Positions 1-14,800 of a stretch of DNA of 64,000 bases are shown here, piece after piece. The notes under the pieces were generated by a model, which ran no database searches, had not been told where the DNA came from, and saw only the letters and a program-made list of their open reading frames with translations. The stretch is from Botryllus schlosseri (taxonomy: Eukaryota): the NCBI GenBank assembly GCA_051294905.1, contig CM119371.1:10604001-10668000 (forward strand), in the 5' to 3' direction. Position 1 is the stretch's first letter; every line of letters begins with the position of its first letter. Made by a program: the position numbers and the translations under genes.

Positions 1-1938
1 GAATCCAAGAAGTGTGCCAGAACGATCAGCAGCGAGAAAACCTTGGGCGAAAAAGACTGCCCCGGTGCTGACCGAAAACTTCGATATATACAAATATATG
101 TGTAATTGTCCATGTCCATGGGTGCCGAAATGGCTGGCGTCGAATGTTCCTGTCCTGGCGATCCGAGTCCCGCAACAAGACAAATGCCATATCGAGGGAA
201 CATTATTTTCCAGTTAAGAAATAGCAATTTGAAATCGTGTACGTCTTTTACTTCAGTACGCTTTGGCGATTTCAATATCTTTTGACATAGCAGATAGGTG
301 GTCATGAAATAGCATCATGTAACGAAGTCATTATATCAACGGGTACGCCTGAAGATATTTCATTATCATTTAGAGGGCCTATCTATTCCAACACACCTCA
401 CTGGATCAGCTATACCGGTAAATCTGAATATGTGAGCAGGGAGAGGATAAAAATTGATAGCGATATATATGCAATTCCCGATCATATTGGCCGATGCAAT
501 CATGAATTAGAGAAATTTTTTCGCGCATGGCGCGTTCGACGCTGCTACTAAATGGGCACCCAATGTACATGATAAGTACCGGAAGAAGCCAAGAGCCGTA
601 GGGGGGTCTGGGGGGCGAAGTAGTTGGTTTTATCACCCTATTGGAGGGTGGTTGCGCACTGTTGTCCGAGGGCCTGCGCAGTGAGTTGGCGTGTTTGCGC
701 AGACTCTTGAAAAATTAGAGGGAACATTGTTCACAGTTATAAACTGATAAAACCATGGTTCTAACGATGATATAAGTTGGTATATTTCTATGCTCCCTCC
801 CTTTGTTTTAATGTCAGGATATATTGGCATCAACCCTGCGTAGTGCGTATGCGTTGTGACTTGTGAGGAATGCAAAAGATTTTAACTGTTACGTTGGAAT
901 AGCGTATGCTTCATATTATTAAATCGCGATTAGGGTTGCTCTCGAGGCGGATGACCTCATTTCCACGTAACCTGCATACAAGGGCTTCGCATTGGCGTTT
1001 TCGCTTCTGTGAATAACTATAGTTTTTGGTCTGTAAAATGAATTCGCACTTTCTTGCCTTCTCGGAATTGGGTGTCAATGTTAGCGACCTGCTCCTAATG
1101 GTGACTAGAAACCACAACAGCGAAGTCGGGGGGTTTGTGGTGGCCCATGAACATCCTCGACATGTGCTGTCTTGAGGGACTATTTAATCAAAGTATTTCT
1201 TGCTAAAAATCTCAACATTTGGTAGAAATGTGCGGGATAATCCATGCATTTTTCAATCAACGCAGAATTGCTTCGTGGGCCGGATGAAATCATCAGGCCG
1301 GCCGTATGTTTGACACCCTTGTCCTAGCGACTCTGCACAGTTCATAGTGTGTACCAGTAATCTATTATAATGTATAGGCGCGTATTCAGATGTGTATAGT
1401 GGTCGACTTGAGGTTCCACGGCGAAGGCTTGCTGATTAGCTCTTAAGTGTTCCCCGAGTTAGTAGGCTAAAGGTTAGGAAGCTCTACTCTAGATTCAATT
1501 GAAAAGTTTAAAGTGACTAAATTTACGATAAGAATATATTGATGTGGTTAATTCTCGCTACCAGAGGCCAGTCAAGAACGATCAACCCGCAAACTACAGA
1601 AACAGCGGATATTGAATCGAGGCATGCAACTCTCAAACGAAAGCAAATACAGTGATGTCATATAATGCTGGTTGTTCACCAAAAGAGAGGTCGGCTACTC
1701 GGTGGCCGCAATCTGGTTCAGGACTGCAGTAGGAGCAGGATTTCATCGAATTTTAATGAAGCCGAACTGGATCCGGATTTTGAATTTGCTTTGAATGTTG
1801 CATTATATAGCAGGATTTTCCGCTATAATATGACAAATTTACTTATGGTTTTAGCAGGAATATTTCCGACACTGAATTGGTAAATTGACTGCCGGATCCT
1901 TTCGGACTCTGAATTGCAAAATGGGAATTTCCGCATAT

Positions 1939-2426
1939 CAGGGGTCACCAGCCTCTTTCAAACAAAGAACTCATCTTGGGGATTGATTAATGCGACGGGG
2001 TACCAGTTACTCCCGCCGTTTATCCGTGCTCAGTTGGCTATCTTCACTTAGACATTCAGAGCTCCGGGCAGAGTTTCCACGCACTACCAAGAACAGAAAA
2101 CTCTCACTCACCGGGACTCACACCAGCGTCTGCGGGCTCAGTTGCGATGCCGCACTGCGCGCTGAAGCGCTAATCTCCGCGTCGAGACTAGGGAATATTG
2201 ACTAAATTCCCGTTAGGCCTCCGCGTAGACCAAGGCGAGCTACGCCCCGATCGAAAATGTCGTTGCTATGGTCCTTAGGGTCGACTATCCCATTTTCAAC
2301 TGCTGCTCATATGAAACCCTTCTCCGCTTCGACCTTCAAATCTCTCATTTCAATATTTGCAACTGCGACCGCGGGCGACTCATTTGGTGCTCGCGGGCTA
2401 CTGGTAGCCCCCGTTGGTGACCCCTG
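1939..2426. mobile_element. hAT-like MITE
   Basis: TIR caggggtcacca; degenerate TSD ccgcatat/ctgtatat. Confidence 0.75.
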
Positions 2427-5400
2427 CTGTATATATTCGGATTCCGCAAATGCGTAATCTAGCCATGATGACAGCGGTTTGATATTTCGGTTCCTAAAGA
2501 CGCCAGAAAATCAAGCAAAACCATGCCCTTCCTAAACTCACCTCAAAAAGTAGCCAGCACGTTCTATTCGCGGATCACAAAGCGATTCATACCTCGAATT
2601 CAGTTCTGCCATATTACGTTTGCTACTTTAGTCAGCTGCCATCACGGCTTCTCGACCTGTGGTCCATGTAGGCCTGCCGACTAGTGTTAGGGATCCATGA
2701 AAGGTCTATGTTGAAACTAGAACTATAGAAGTACATCGGTCTGATTTGCATGATCTGTCGTTATCTTGGACTACGCCCTCTTTTTTGTCGCGTATACAGA
2801 TCTCTCAGTTCTCACGATAGGTCATAATAGCCAAACGGACGATACGGACACTAGCAGACCTTTTCCAAGTTATCATCTCCCCACATTAGCCTAGTACAAT
2901 CGCTTTCATGTTATAGCATTTTAATTTACAATATACATAAAACAGGCAGATTTACATAAAATAAAATGTGTGTGCACAACACTCATCCCATATTGCATTT
3001 TTCTCATAAAACTTTGGAAAATATACTTTGTAAAACAACAGATATATAATCTGGAATCTCCGGCCATCTTCACAAATCTCTTAGCACAAGAACAAAAGAC
3101 GACTATGATTGTGTAAAGTAAAAACACTGCAAAAATATTCATGTAATATTGAGGCAAACAATCACTTTCGTTTGATTGGACCACGAGAATCGCTCTGATT
3201 GGAAACACCCAAATCTGACGATTAAAAATTGCACCAGAATGGCGACCAACAGAATATGAAACAATGATTGGAATTCATGGCTCAATCACTTCTTCAGTCT
3301 GAAAAAATAAGCAAATTCGATCAATTGATAACTTCTCAAATCAAGTATTGTTCATAATTCTGATGCTCATGCGTGACAATCATTGTGACCAGAGCATGAC
3401 AAATATCGGATTTTTTAAGAGGATAGTGATCAAACAGATAACTACCACCTTCAATGATAACAATGACGTATTTGGTAGATGTTTAAAAGATACAGTATGT
3501 GACATTTGGTTCATGGCTTATTTCCAAAATTTATGACTGAATTTGAACAGATTCACAGCCATTACTACGCTTGGACATGAAATAAACTAGAAAATGCCGA
3601 CACCAATCTCTCATATAAAAAATATTGACTCGATATTATCGACGAACGGATAATATAATCAGTCGTGCTTCAATTGTGACGAAAATACGCAATATGAAAT
3701 GATATGAAAGAATCCCCAAAGAATCTTCAAGAACAAAAGTAGGCCTCAAAGGCCGAGAAATTTTTGTGCCAGACATGAGCTTTGTGGCTTTAAATTGCTA
3801 AGATCGCATGCTGCCAGAATCAAACTTGAAAAAACTATCAGACTAGTTCGTAGTGATCAGGGTCGTTATGACTCGAGTCACGATTTTCTGATGACTCGAG
3901 TCATTTTCCTAAAACAGGGAAATGACTCGACTCGAGTCAACTAGTGTATTGACTCGACTTGGACTCGAGTCATTGAGCATGACTCGGACCAAGTCATATG
4001 ACTCGGGACTCAGACGGCCAAGGTTAATTCATCTTCTTGATTATATGCATGCTCGGTTGAACATCGTGGCGTAGTTGGTTAGGAGTTGACATTCTGATTC
4101 CAACGACATATCACTTGCTGGTTTCGAACCCCATTGAGGTCCTATTTTACAGTTTTGAAAAAGTGAAGCAAAACTTTTCGGGAAAAGCCCGTCGGTGCCA
4201 GCCGGTTAAAGGTTGTTAGTTCTATTTCCAGATCTAGTTGCTACTTTCGAAAAATGACCAATTCCAGTTCTAGTGCATTTTATCCAGCATTTGTACAAGT
4301 TTGGTCAGAATGCTGGATAAGTACATCACATCACAACGACAGCATGCAACATCGAAACGTACGTTCTGATTCAAAAAGATACCGACGGATATCCAAACCC
4401 CATTGTCTGAAAAAATACCACACCAAGTAGTCGAGTGCGATTTGATTGATGCTGCATCCAGAATTTACCGTACCGATCAACGTGCAAGTTTTGCTACATT
4501 ACTCCATGAAACATAAGCACAACGAAGATACAAGAATTGATTTCATCAATAGGGCCGGGCCAAATCGAGTACCCAAGTGACTTAATTCTGAATCCAGTAT
4601 TAGATTTCGAGTCAAGTAACCGAATATCACTGATTATGACGGCAGGACAGTATGAATGATGCGGACCAGTGTCGGAGCCGTAATTCAAACTTCAGAGTAA
4701 GTATCAAGCCGCATGGAAACACTCTGGTAGGCTAGGCCAGCTTATTACGAAAATTTCGAAGTAGCTAGCTCTGGATCTCACCATCCAGCTAACTCAAAAG
4801 CATGCACATAGACTTGTATAGATTCTATGTCGGTTATTTGAGCATTGATAGAGGCAGATTGACGAGTGCTATACATTGAAATAAACGGGAATTGCTAGTA
4901 TCATCACTACAGCATACTATAATGTCATTATGTGACAGCTCTTCAGTCTTCATACATTCCAGCACTTAATGCACAAGTTTGTGAGGGATTATACGTCCAG
5001 TAATATTGGTAACATTGCAATTTATACCCGACTATGAGTCGTTATTTTGATGTCAGTAAAATTGTGTAGAGATTTACTTTTCACAGAGACAATCTATGAA
5101 GGTGTATGACCAACGGAAGTCAAAATATATCATTGTCTGACGGGTATTCAACGACGCGTTCGACGCTAGTCCGCAAAAATTCTCTTTCCCGGTTTTCAGA
5201 AGCGGCCTTGGACGGCAGTAGACATAACTAATATCCCTTATCTTAGCATTCATATACAGAAATTGGCTATAACTAATTCATAGAAACAAACACCTGTCTA
5301 TTATATTTTTGTGGCATATTCCTAGGTTAATCAGAGCCGCAAGAAGGCTAGCTCGGAGCCGCGGTTGGGAACCGCCGACGTGGACAGTTAAAATAAGTAG

Positions 5401-5809
5401 GTCACCTTTTATGAGACCTGAAAGAATACAATGCCAGTTCTAGACCACATTAAACACAATAAAGCTAATTTGGTGTTTTCTGACAATAATTGTGCTATGT
5501 GTGATGTGTTGATCATGACTTCACAGATATGTCATTTCCACCAATGTGTGTGGCATGATTTATCGAAGGTTCAAGGCTCCCAACAGTGGAAAATAGCATC
5601 AAAACTAGATATTTCATAGGAAAATCGACACTTATTGGTAAGGAGGGCACTATTTTAAGCACTCAACAAACTCAATCTTTTACTACTCAACTCGAATCAT
5701 CAGAATTAATACTCGATTCAGATTTGAGTTCTCGAATAATCATAGTGCACAGACCTTGACGAGACTGAACATTGAACAACGATTAAATTCAGTACGAAAA
5801 CAACAAATA

Positions 5810-5821
5810 TTAGTTTGCAAT
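5810..5821 (-). CDS. PAM: PAM terminal coding exon 20 (IAN-stop)
   Basis: Acceptor ttttttgtccttgcag after a 49-nt intron; TAA at 5812-5810. Confidence 0.65.
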   Translation of the reverse strand: MAN

Positions 5822-8800
5822 CTGCAAGGACAAAAAATTATTCTTCGAAATTGTAACAACCGCGACTCACATTTTTAGAATATACTTCGACGTCCGAGTC
5901 TTCGTCCGTGCTTTCCGTTGAAAGTCTGAATTTCGTATTATATTTATTACTTATTCGGGGTGTTTTCCTTGCCGTAACAATACTCACGGTTTGAAACCTT
6001 GCTTCTCCGGGGGGCTCATGATATGCGTGCGCTTTTTAGGCTTTTTGGACGTCGACAATATGCCTGTTTGGAAAATTGCGAGAGTTAGTTTATCAGGAAG
6101 ATAACGACTACCGTTCACTTGCAGAGGTGGTCAGTAATGAAGAACTCAATTTTTACATACCTGCATATCACTACTTCTACTGGTACTCGAGTAGAAATTT
6201 AGGACATTACTTCTAAGTCTACTTGAGTACTAACCAGGGCTGTAATGACTGTCATGTATTTTTGGTGACTCAACTCGAGTCTAATTTTTCAAATGCGTAA
6301 AATGACTCAACCTGAGTCAATTTGTGTATTGACTCGACTTGCACTTGAGTCATTTTGCATGACTTGAACCAAGTCATATGACTCAAGACTAGGACGGCCA
6401 AGACAGACATTCCATTGTAATTTCAAATAGTAAAGCCATCACATTATTGGTATCTCGTCTATCAGTCCTGATACTTGGAAAATAGGGCCGGAAACTGTTA
6501 AGACTGAGGAAAATTACGATATTATTAATGCGAGCCATTCGATATCACTCGAGCATAGTTGAAAAAGTGGATTGAACTCCAAAACTGAACAATGAACACA
6601 ATGACTTGGACTCGGACTCCGTGCTCTACTCACTGACTCGGACTCGACTCGGTGGCGAATTGAAAATGACTCGACTTGACTCGAGTCAAAACCCTACAAA
6701 TGAATCTGACTTGTGACTCGGAACCTTGTGACTTGGTTACAACCCTGGTACCAACGATGATCAATTTAACCACATCTCTTTACTTTCATGTATTTTATTT
6801 TCTTCATATATTATCTTTGCATTATTTTCAGTTTTCGGTGAAAATAGCTAATTTCACTCACTTTCGTATTCCTTCATCCTGCGGGCCCGAAGACGCATGC
6901 ACGTCACCGAGATAACCATCGCGATCATCGGCAACGCGATAAGACAGACGATGATGATGGTCGCGGCCGACTCGTCGTTGCTGACTTGAACTTCTCCTCC
7001 CTTTTCCAGGGCCACGGAACCCGACGTTTTGTTAGTCGGTAAATCGAGAGAATTATCAACTTCTTCGTTTTTCTGCGGCGAATCAAAAATCTTTTCCTGA
7101 AAAATAACAAACGAAATATGAAAAAAGTGGAAACACGGCAAAGCACGGACGATAGTAAAAAACAAACCGACCTGTTCTTGTTTTTCTTCATTATTCTGTG
7201 TGGAAAAATAAAGACAATATAGATCAACAATAAAAAAAATTGAAGACATGGCGAGACATGTAAGGAAAGCATCAAAGATAGTGGAGCAGATACTTTTGGA
7301 TGTGAAAAGAATAATATTTACGGTGGAAAATTATAATTATTAATTATCGGGGCGATTTTTTTTACCTAAAGAAGGAACATTTTGCCTTAAAGAATTAAAA
7401 TTTTGACTTTTTTTGACCTAAACAAACTGAATTTTGACCAAATTTTAACCTAGTTATCTTCATTACTGGTTGGAGCTGGCTATCCTAACGAAGTAGTTTG
7501 GCCTGGAAACACATTTTTGGCTTAGAAACAGACCAATTTTTACATGAAAAAGCTAGGAATTCAAAGAAATCTGGCCCTATGAAGAATTTCAGAAGTCACA
7601 ATACATACTATGGTGGAAATAATTAAAATTTGTTCTAGTAGAACGAAAGATACTTTCCTACATTCTTGCGTAGAAAGTGCATGTCATTACTAAGTAGCTT
7701 GCCAAGAATGGAAAAAGAAAGTTCAACAGCAGCAGTTGTTGGCTGACATCACTCAAGTTGTGCGTACATTGCTGGATACAAACCGTGTCGCTTCATTCTG
7801 ACCATGTTGTCTACATCACAATTTTCATCATGCACTTCTTAATATAAGAACTATGCAACGCCCAAGAAGTTATTCTTCAGTTAGGATATTGCGGTGCGTT
7901 GACCATAACTCCATGTCTACCTATCTGTTTTATTTGACCGTTTGATTCACAATGAGCAGACAATAGGCCGTTTACAACGGTAGGCCTATAAAGTAGGCTA
8001 CAAGCTGTAAAATATCATATGATAAGTTCACCGACCGTGCAAAATCTATGATGCAAACGAAATGCAGACGTAAATAACATTTTGACTTTGTGAATAATTT
8101 TGTCAAATTTTTACCTAACGCTACAATTTTGACAAATTTTGACATGTCAAAAGAATCGCCCTATATTACCATACTACCCTATACTATAACTTCAAATCCA
8201 AAATTTACGACTTCAATAACATTGTTTCTACTGATTGGATTCTAGCGAAATTCGGTTGTCATGGATTTATTAGCAAACCCAAAAATTTGATCAGCTGTCT
8301 AGTGAAATTTGAAGAAAAGTTATCTTTGAACAGCTCTACTGCTCGGCATCATTCCGGATAATAAAAAAATTGATAGAGATTAATTTGTCACGACCGTGAC
8401 ACAGGCCCTATTTCGCTCAGTTTTCTTGACGCTTACCCTCATGAAGGTGATACAGACTTATGCTAAACACTACTTTTCAAATCTAAAGTGTGACAAGATT
8501 TGTCTATAAAAACATTTTCAGTAGAAGCGGGGCTTCCGAGATGGAGTGAATCTAAAACTGATAACATATCCCAGACTCCAACAAATAGATTAGTTAAAAC
8601 TACATCAAATGGGTCAGTCAGTTGTCACTACCGTAGGTGGCAGCTATGATAATGTGACTGCTCTGCTGTCAAATTCCTAGCAATGAGATTAGTCCGAAAA
8701 GGTTCTGCCTTGAGAGGTAACAATTCTCAATTTTTTGGAAGGGTTTGAATTCACCCAATAGCAGAGGTCTAGTATATTATGAAATACTTCGGAGCCGGAG

Positions 8801-11800
8801 CTATTTTTCAAACCGCTGGCTCCAGCTCCATCTCAGTTAAAAATGCTCCCCCCGCGGCTTCAGAGCCCAAATTTGAGGTACAAAAAAGTAAGTGCTTACT
8901 CACTTCGCTACTAAACACCTCTCATGAATTGTATGAAAACGGCTATCGAGGTCAGGAATTACAGAAACGGTGAAACGAAAGAAAGAAACAGAAATAAGTT
9001 GCAGAAACAGAAGAAAACTGAATGATAGAAAGAAAATATAAAATAGAAATGAAAGAATTTATTGGAAGAAAAATCGAAAATAAAATTATGTTTGAAGACC
9101 TTCTTGGGGGGTACAAAACTTCAATATGCAATTGAATAGTGTATTCATATTGAGATAAACCCAAATGTTTTCGGCTGACACTCGTCAGCAACTACTAGAG
9201 AATAGGAAAGAACATTCTATATCAACAATCGGATTCATTTCAATATGAATATAGCATTTAATGGAATACTTTATTAAAAACACAGGAAATATGTGAACAC
9301 GAGCCTGTTTATTGAGTGCGGATGGATCGTCAAACTTGAACAGCTTCCTGTTGGTCAAGTCACCCACGAACACCTGTCAATATAGAAGTACCATTAGAAC
9401 AGAGCAGCAGACAGATGGTGAGTAGCGAGCGGACCTTTGCCCCGTCGGGTGGCGTTGAGACGTCATGAGGGTCGGTGAGGGGTACGTCGTGAGCAGGCTG
9501 CCATCGGTCGACCACCTGACCGCTCGTCCAGTCCACTGTGAAGCCGCCGGCATGTTCAGACGTCAACAAACCAGGACCGTTGACTCCGAAAACGACCCCG
9601 CCTAAGAATTGAATTGAGGATTGAAAATTTAAATTTAAAGCCAAGTCTCAGGGTTATAATTACTCGAGTCGGGATTTTTTGTGACCTGACTTGAATCGAG
9701 ACATTTTTCAAATGCGTAAGATTACTAGACTTGAACCAAGTCATGACTCGAGATTAAGACGGCCGAGACAGACACTTCATTGTAACTACGAAGAATAGTT
9801 AAGTCGCCACATCATTGGTATTTCGTCTATCAGTCCTTATTCTTGGAAAATACAGCCAGAAACTGTTAGGACTGAGAAAAATTACGATATTATGAATGTC
9901 GGCCATCCTACATCACACGAGCAAAGTTGAAAAGAGTGGACACAGCAGTGAACACAACAACTTGGACTCGAACTCGACCCTCTACTCCGGGGGTTCTCAA
10001 CCTTTTTTTAGACACGCCCCCCTTTTTGATAGTGAAAAATCTCGCGCCCCCCTTATCGTCATATCAAAAAATCCAACCAGGATGATAGCGGCCCCAACAT
10101 ATCGTTTGAGGGCATGGAAGGTTATGACTGTTGATTAGATAATTCAAAAATATGAAATTCGGTTTATATATAGAGAAACATGCGTGAATTGGAGGTGAAT
10201 CGCGCAGGACGCGAAAATTTTTTTGAGTTGACCGCGTCTTCGCGGCCCCCTTCAGATGCTTTCACGCCCCCCAGGTTGAGAACCACTGCTCTACTCACCT
10301 GGACTTGACCCGGTGGTGGATTGAAAATGACTCGACTTGACTCAAGTCAAAACTATAAAAGTGAGATTGACTTGTGACTTGGTTGATACCCTGGCAGTGA
10401 GAGATAATTTTGTAGAGTACCAAAAATATACGCTTCTTACCGGTAAGAGTTGATTCATTAACGAGATTTATAGTTTTAATACTATATTACGCTGTGGAAG
10501 TCTGTAAAGCTCGATATTTGATATCGCAGCATACATATTTGAACAAATCATGTTAATCATCCTGATCTGAATTGATAGAGTCACGGTATTGGACAGACTT
10601 GTGTACAAACGACAAATCTAGTTATCTGACGTTCAACAGTCAACTAACTACTGGTTTTGTTTGAGCAGTTCTAGTTCTAGCTTCAGTTGCTCATTTTGTT
10701 AAAAATAATTACCTGCTGAACAACTAAATTTACGATACCGTTGTACTGTTTTGTGTTATCCCACAGCTATTGCTAGGTAAGTCATCAATACCAATGCCGG
10801 TAGTGGCGTAGCATGGGGTGGGATTTGGGAATCGACGACCCTTCCATTTTTAGTGTGATTTTAAACTTTTTGACTTTTGATTTATATTTTCTGATTATTT
10901 TATTATTCTTATTTTATTTCATATTTAACCCAGTCCACCCATGTTTCCATGGCAAAGTCCGCTACTCATCTTGGTAAATCAAAGATCTCTCACCTTGAAG
11001 GGGGGAGTACGCGATCGCGAATATCCTGGTCCCGGTTTTCTTCTTGTCCTGGAGTACTCGAGTCAGGTTTCCGTCCTTGGTGAAGCACGAAATGCGTCCG
11101 TGCTCGCGATCCGCGACGCAGACCTCGAGTCGTCGCGGTCCCGCAAGCACGACGGAGTGCGGGATCAGGAACGCGTACGGGTCCGGTGCTGAAACTGACC
11201 AGGCGTTCAGTTGCAACTTATTACTATAAACTACAGATTGCTCTTAACTACAGATTACCATAAACTATGGATTACTATAAGACATAGATTGCTATGAAAT
11301 ATAGATTACTGCACACTGTATGAAAAGCAGTGTGGTGTACCAAGGTTGCAGTGGCTCGACAAATTTTTTTTAACCGGTTGGCATGGCAAGCTCTTCCGAA
11401 AAATTTTGCTTCACTTTTCAAAACTGTAAAACATGACCTCAATGGGATGCTAAACCAACAAGTAATATATCGTTGGATTGAGAATTTAAACACGTAACCA
11501 ATTATGCCACGAAGCTAGACGAGAGCAAGGCAACCGAGCGAGTATATAATCAAGAAGACGAGATAACCTTGTCGTAAAAATGTGCATGTTTTGGTTACTT
11601 CCTTATAGAGCCACAACGCATACCTAGTGCGAATAAGTACGTGCTATTCACTGCGACAGAGATATCTTCTGTAAAACAAGTCATGAGTGACAGCCTTTGC
11701 TCAACTAATTCGATAGAAAGTATCAATATATGGCAGAGCGTTTCACCATAAATACGCAGCCATTTGCATTTTTCGAATCTATGCGACACTAGCTTTCGAT

Positions 11801-14800
11801 CAAGACCAGTTTTGTTATATTTTAGCGCTTGCGTCGCCAGTATATGATTAACAATTATGATGCGTTTGCCCACTCAGCAACAAACTACACCGTACACCCC
11901 AGTGTAACAACTTGTGTTGCGTGTCTATCAGCAGGTTAGTAATCTATATTGAAACCGATTGTGAGCTCACAGTCGTTCGCGGTGGCCGCTCTCCCCCATT
12001 GACGGATGAACTTTCCAGAGGGTGAGAATTTCATGACGCGGCCATTGCAGTAACCGTCCGACACAAAGATCGTGCCTGAAAAAGAAGTGCTCACTCAAAT
12101 ACTGCTTATCTTCAGGGTATCCAAGCGGTTTGTATTTTGCAACTTTTATGTTTGACAGTTTACAGTTTTTCAGGCTAAACCAAGCATTCAGACTTGTACA
12201 CGCTAATGGATTTTCAAAATTTGCAACTAGAACAAGGCATTTTTCAGAACTTGATGTGTGGATAAAACCAATGGCTGTATAAACGGAACAAAACATATGT
12301 AGTATGAACGATCAAGATACAAAATAAAGCAGATATAGCATAGTACTCCAAAACCATCAAAGTCACAAGTCACTGTTTCCATATAATCTCGTTTAAAACT
12401 TGTTTGTTGCCATTGTTACATCACGAATTACACGGTCTGTGTGTTTTGTGATACCAAATCCCTAACTCCTAATCCAAAACCTCTAATCCAAGTCAATTAG
12501 AGCATGTAAACAGCAGTCATCATCACCCATAGGCTAAACAGTGATCGGGTAACGGTATGTCGAAAAAGGTGGCGAATGAAAGCCGACATGTCAAGAACAT
12601 TATGATCGACAAAAATTTGTACACCCGAGTCAGAGGTAAACCCATCTTTTTAGTTTGTAGTGAACCAGTCGCCGTGCTTAATGAGAATAATTCAAGACGA
12701 CAGTATGACAAAAATCATACAGACATGTAATTTCAAAAGACCTTCCAGAGAAGCTAGCAACAACAAGGCAATTTTACTATGCTACACACCACTCGGGATG
12801 TAGCGACCATGCGTTGTATTATCCCAAATACATTTTAGCGCCAACCGTTAATAGGAAAATATGGCTGGGACACGCTCGGAAAAACTAACAATCCAGTTAG
12901 CTGACGGTCCACAAACTAGAAGTTTCTTGAGTAGTTCAAGTTTTAGTAGTGGATTTTGAAAAGGGAGTAGTTCTTGTTGTAGTTGCGGATTTTGAATATT
13001 GAGTAGTTCTACTTCCAGTTCTTGTCGTGGGTTTTGAGAAGTGAGTAGCACTAGTGCTAGTTGCGCATAAGAAAACTAGTTGAAACCCCGTACTTTTGAA
13101 ATGCCGATTATTATATCTCCAATAGTTCTTCGCGATTTCGCAATCCATATTATGAGTTGCTAGCTAGTTTTAGCTTTAGTTAGTTGTGGATTCATGAAGG
13201 TTCTAGTTCTAGTTGTGAGTTTTGAAAAGCCAGCAGTTTGCAGCAGTCTGGTTTGGGGGTTGACGTGACTGAAGTTATAAGACAAAACAGGTTTCCTGTT
13301 GAAAATCGCTTTGAATAAATCATTGGGCTAAATAATATTTGTTATAAATTAACCACACCTTCTACATCAACAGCTATGTCAGTCGGTTTACAAAAATGCC
13401 CGACGTCACTCCCCGGCACCATCCGAACCCCCAACGTAAGCGTCGGTTCCTTCGCGCCGTTGGCCGGATACTTGAAAACCTGATGCATGGCGACGTCCGT
13501 GAGCCATAAATTGCCTCGGTGGTCCAGCGACGCTCCGTGAGGCATGAAAAACTGCCCGGCGCCCCACGAATGGAGAACGGACCCGCGGTCTGCGTCCAGG
13601 TGGTAAATTGTGTCAAGTTTGATCGGATTGTTGGGTTGCGTGAAGCGTTCGTGACGGTCGAAGGATCGCGAATTCCAACTGAGTAAAAAATTTTGGATTT
13701 CTTATAAATATAAAAAATTCAAACTTTTTACTAGTTTAACCGATTGGGTTTTTTCCGAATAATTTTACTTCACTCTTTAAAACAGTAAAACACGACCTCA
13801 ATGGGATGTGAAACTAACAAGTAATATATCGTTGGATTCAGAATGTCAACACGTAATCAACTACGCCACGAAGCTAGATGAGAGCAGGTCGACCGAGCGA
13901 GTATATAATCAAGACGAGAAACCTTGTTGTAAAAATGTACATGTTTCGGTTACTTCCATATGGAGTCCACAACATATACCGAGAGAGAATAAGTATGTGT
14001 TAATCACTGCGACAGAGATGTCATCTTTTAAATAAGCCACGAGTGACAGCTTTTGGGCTCATCTATTTCGATCAATACTATCAATACATAGTAGAGCGTT
14101 TCACCATGAATACGCATAAATACTAGGAGTGGTGTGAATCTCTGAAAGGTTCATGTTCGTGTGAACACGAATCTTTTTGAAAGGTTCTGTGTGTACTCGA
14201 ACGTGAACCACATGACGACGCGTGACGTCATATTGCCAATTCCAATCCTACATTGCACTGAAGAGATAATATTAATGTGCACGATACCTAGTGACGATAT
14301 AGGTCACATAATGCCACAATGCTGAAGTACATATTGACGTTGTAAACGTCGCCAAATGCATTAACTGGGGCAATCAAATGATATAATAATCCCATAAAAT
14401 CAATATCTTCCGTCGCATTGCCAACAATTTCGATGAAGCCTTGCAAGGGTCCAGGCCAGACCGGACAATGTATTCGGCGTCTGAGTATTGCTACGTTGAT
14501 ATTGAGCAGAGTGTAAAACAGGTTTGTATACTTGCTATCGATATTACCCCATTAACAAGTTATACAGCAGTTGCCAACACCCCCCTATCGCACAGATTTG
14601 ATTTTTATGATACAATTAACATATGAAGTCAATATTTACCCCGTACGGCTGCTAGATTTTTACATCAGACAACGGCATCAATTTCATTGATTGATTGAAT
14701 AACCATCATCCGCTGACTACCTACATGTAGTGTATTTCGCTCCCGATGTCATGCGATCGCGGGTCAAGAGCACAGCAGAGTCACTAAATATTCACAAACG

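Noticed and set aside
1..1200. Short ORFs at the window start
   Set aside because: No recognisable protein motif or consistent splice pattern; probably repeat-derived.
8896..9090. Pyrimidine tract and gtgagt donor on the minus strand, a possible extra PAM exon
   Set aside because: The only open frame of the candidate exon does not fit the phase-0 neighbours and shows no PAM similarity.
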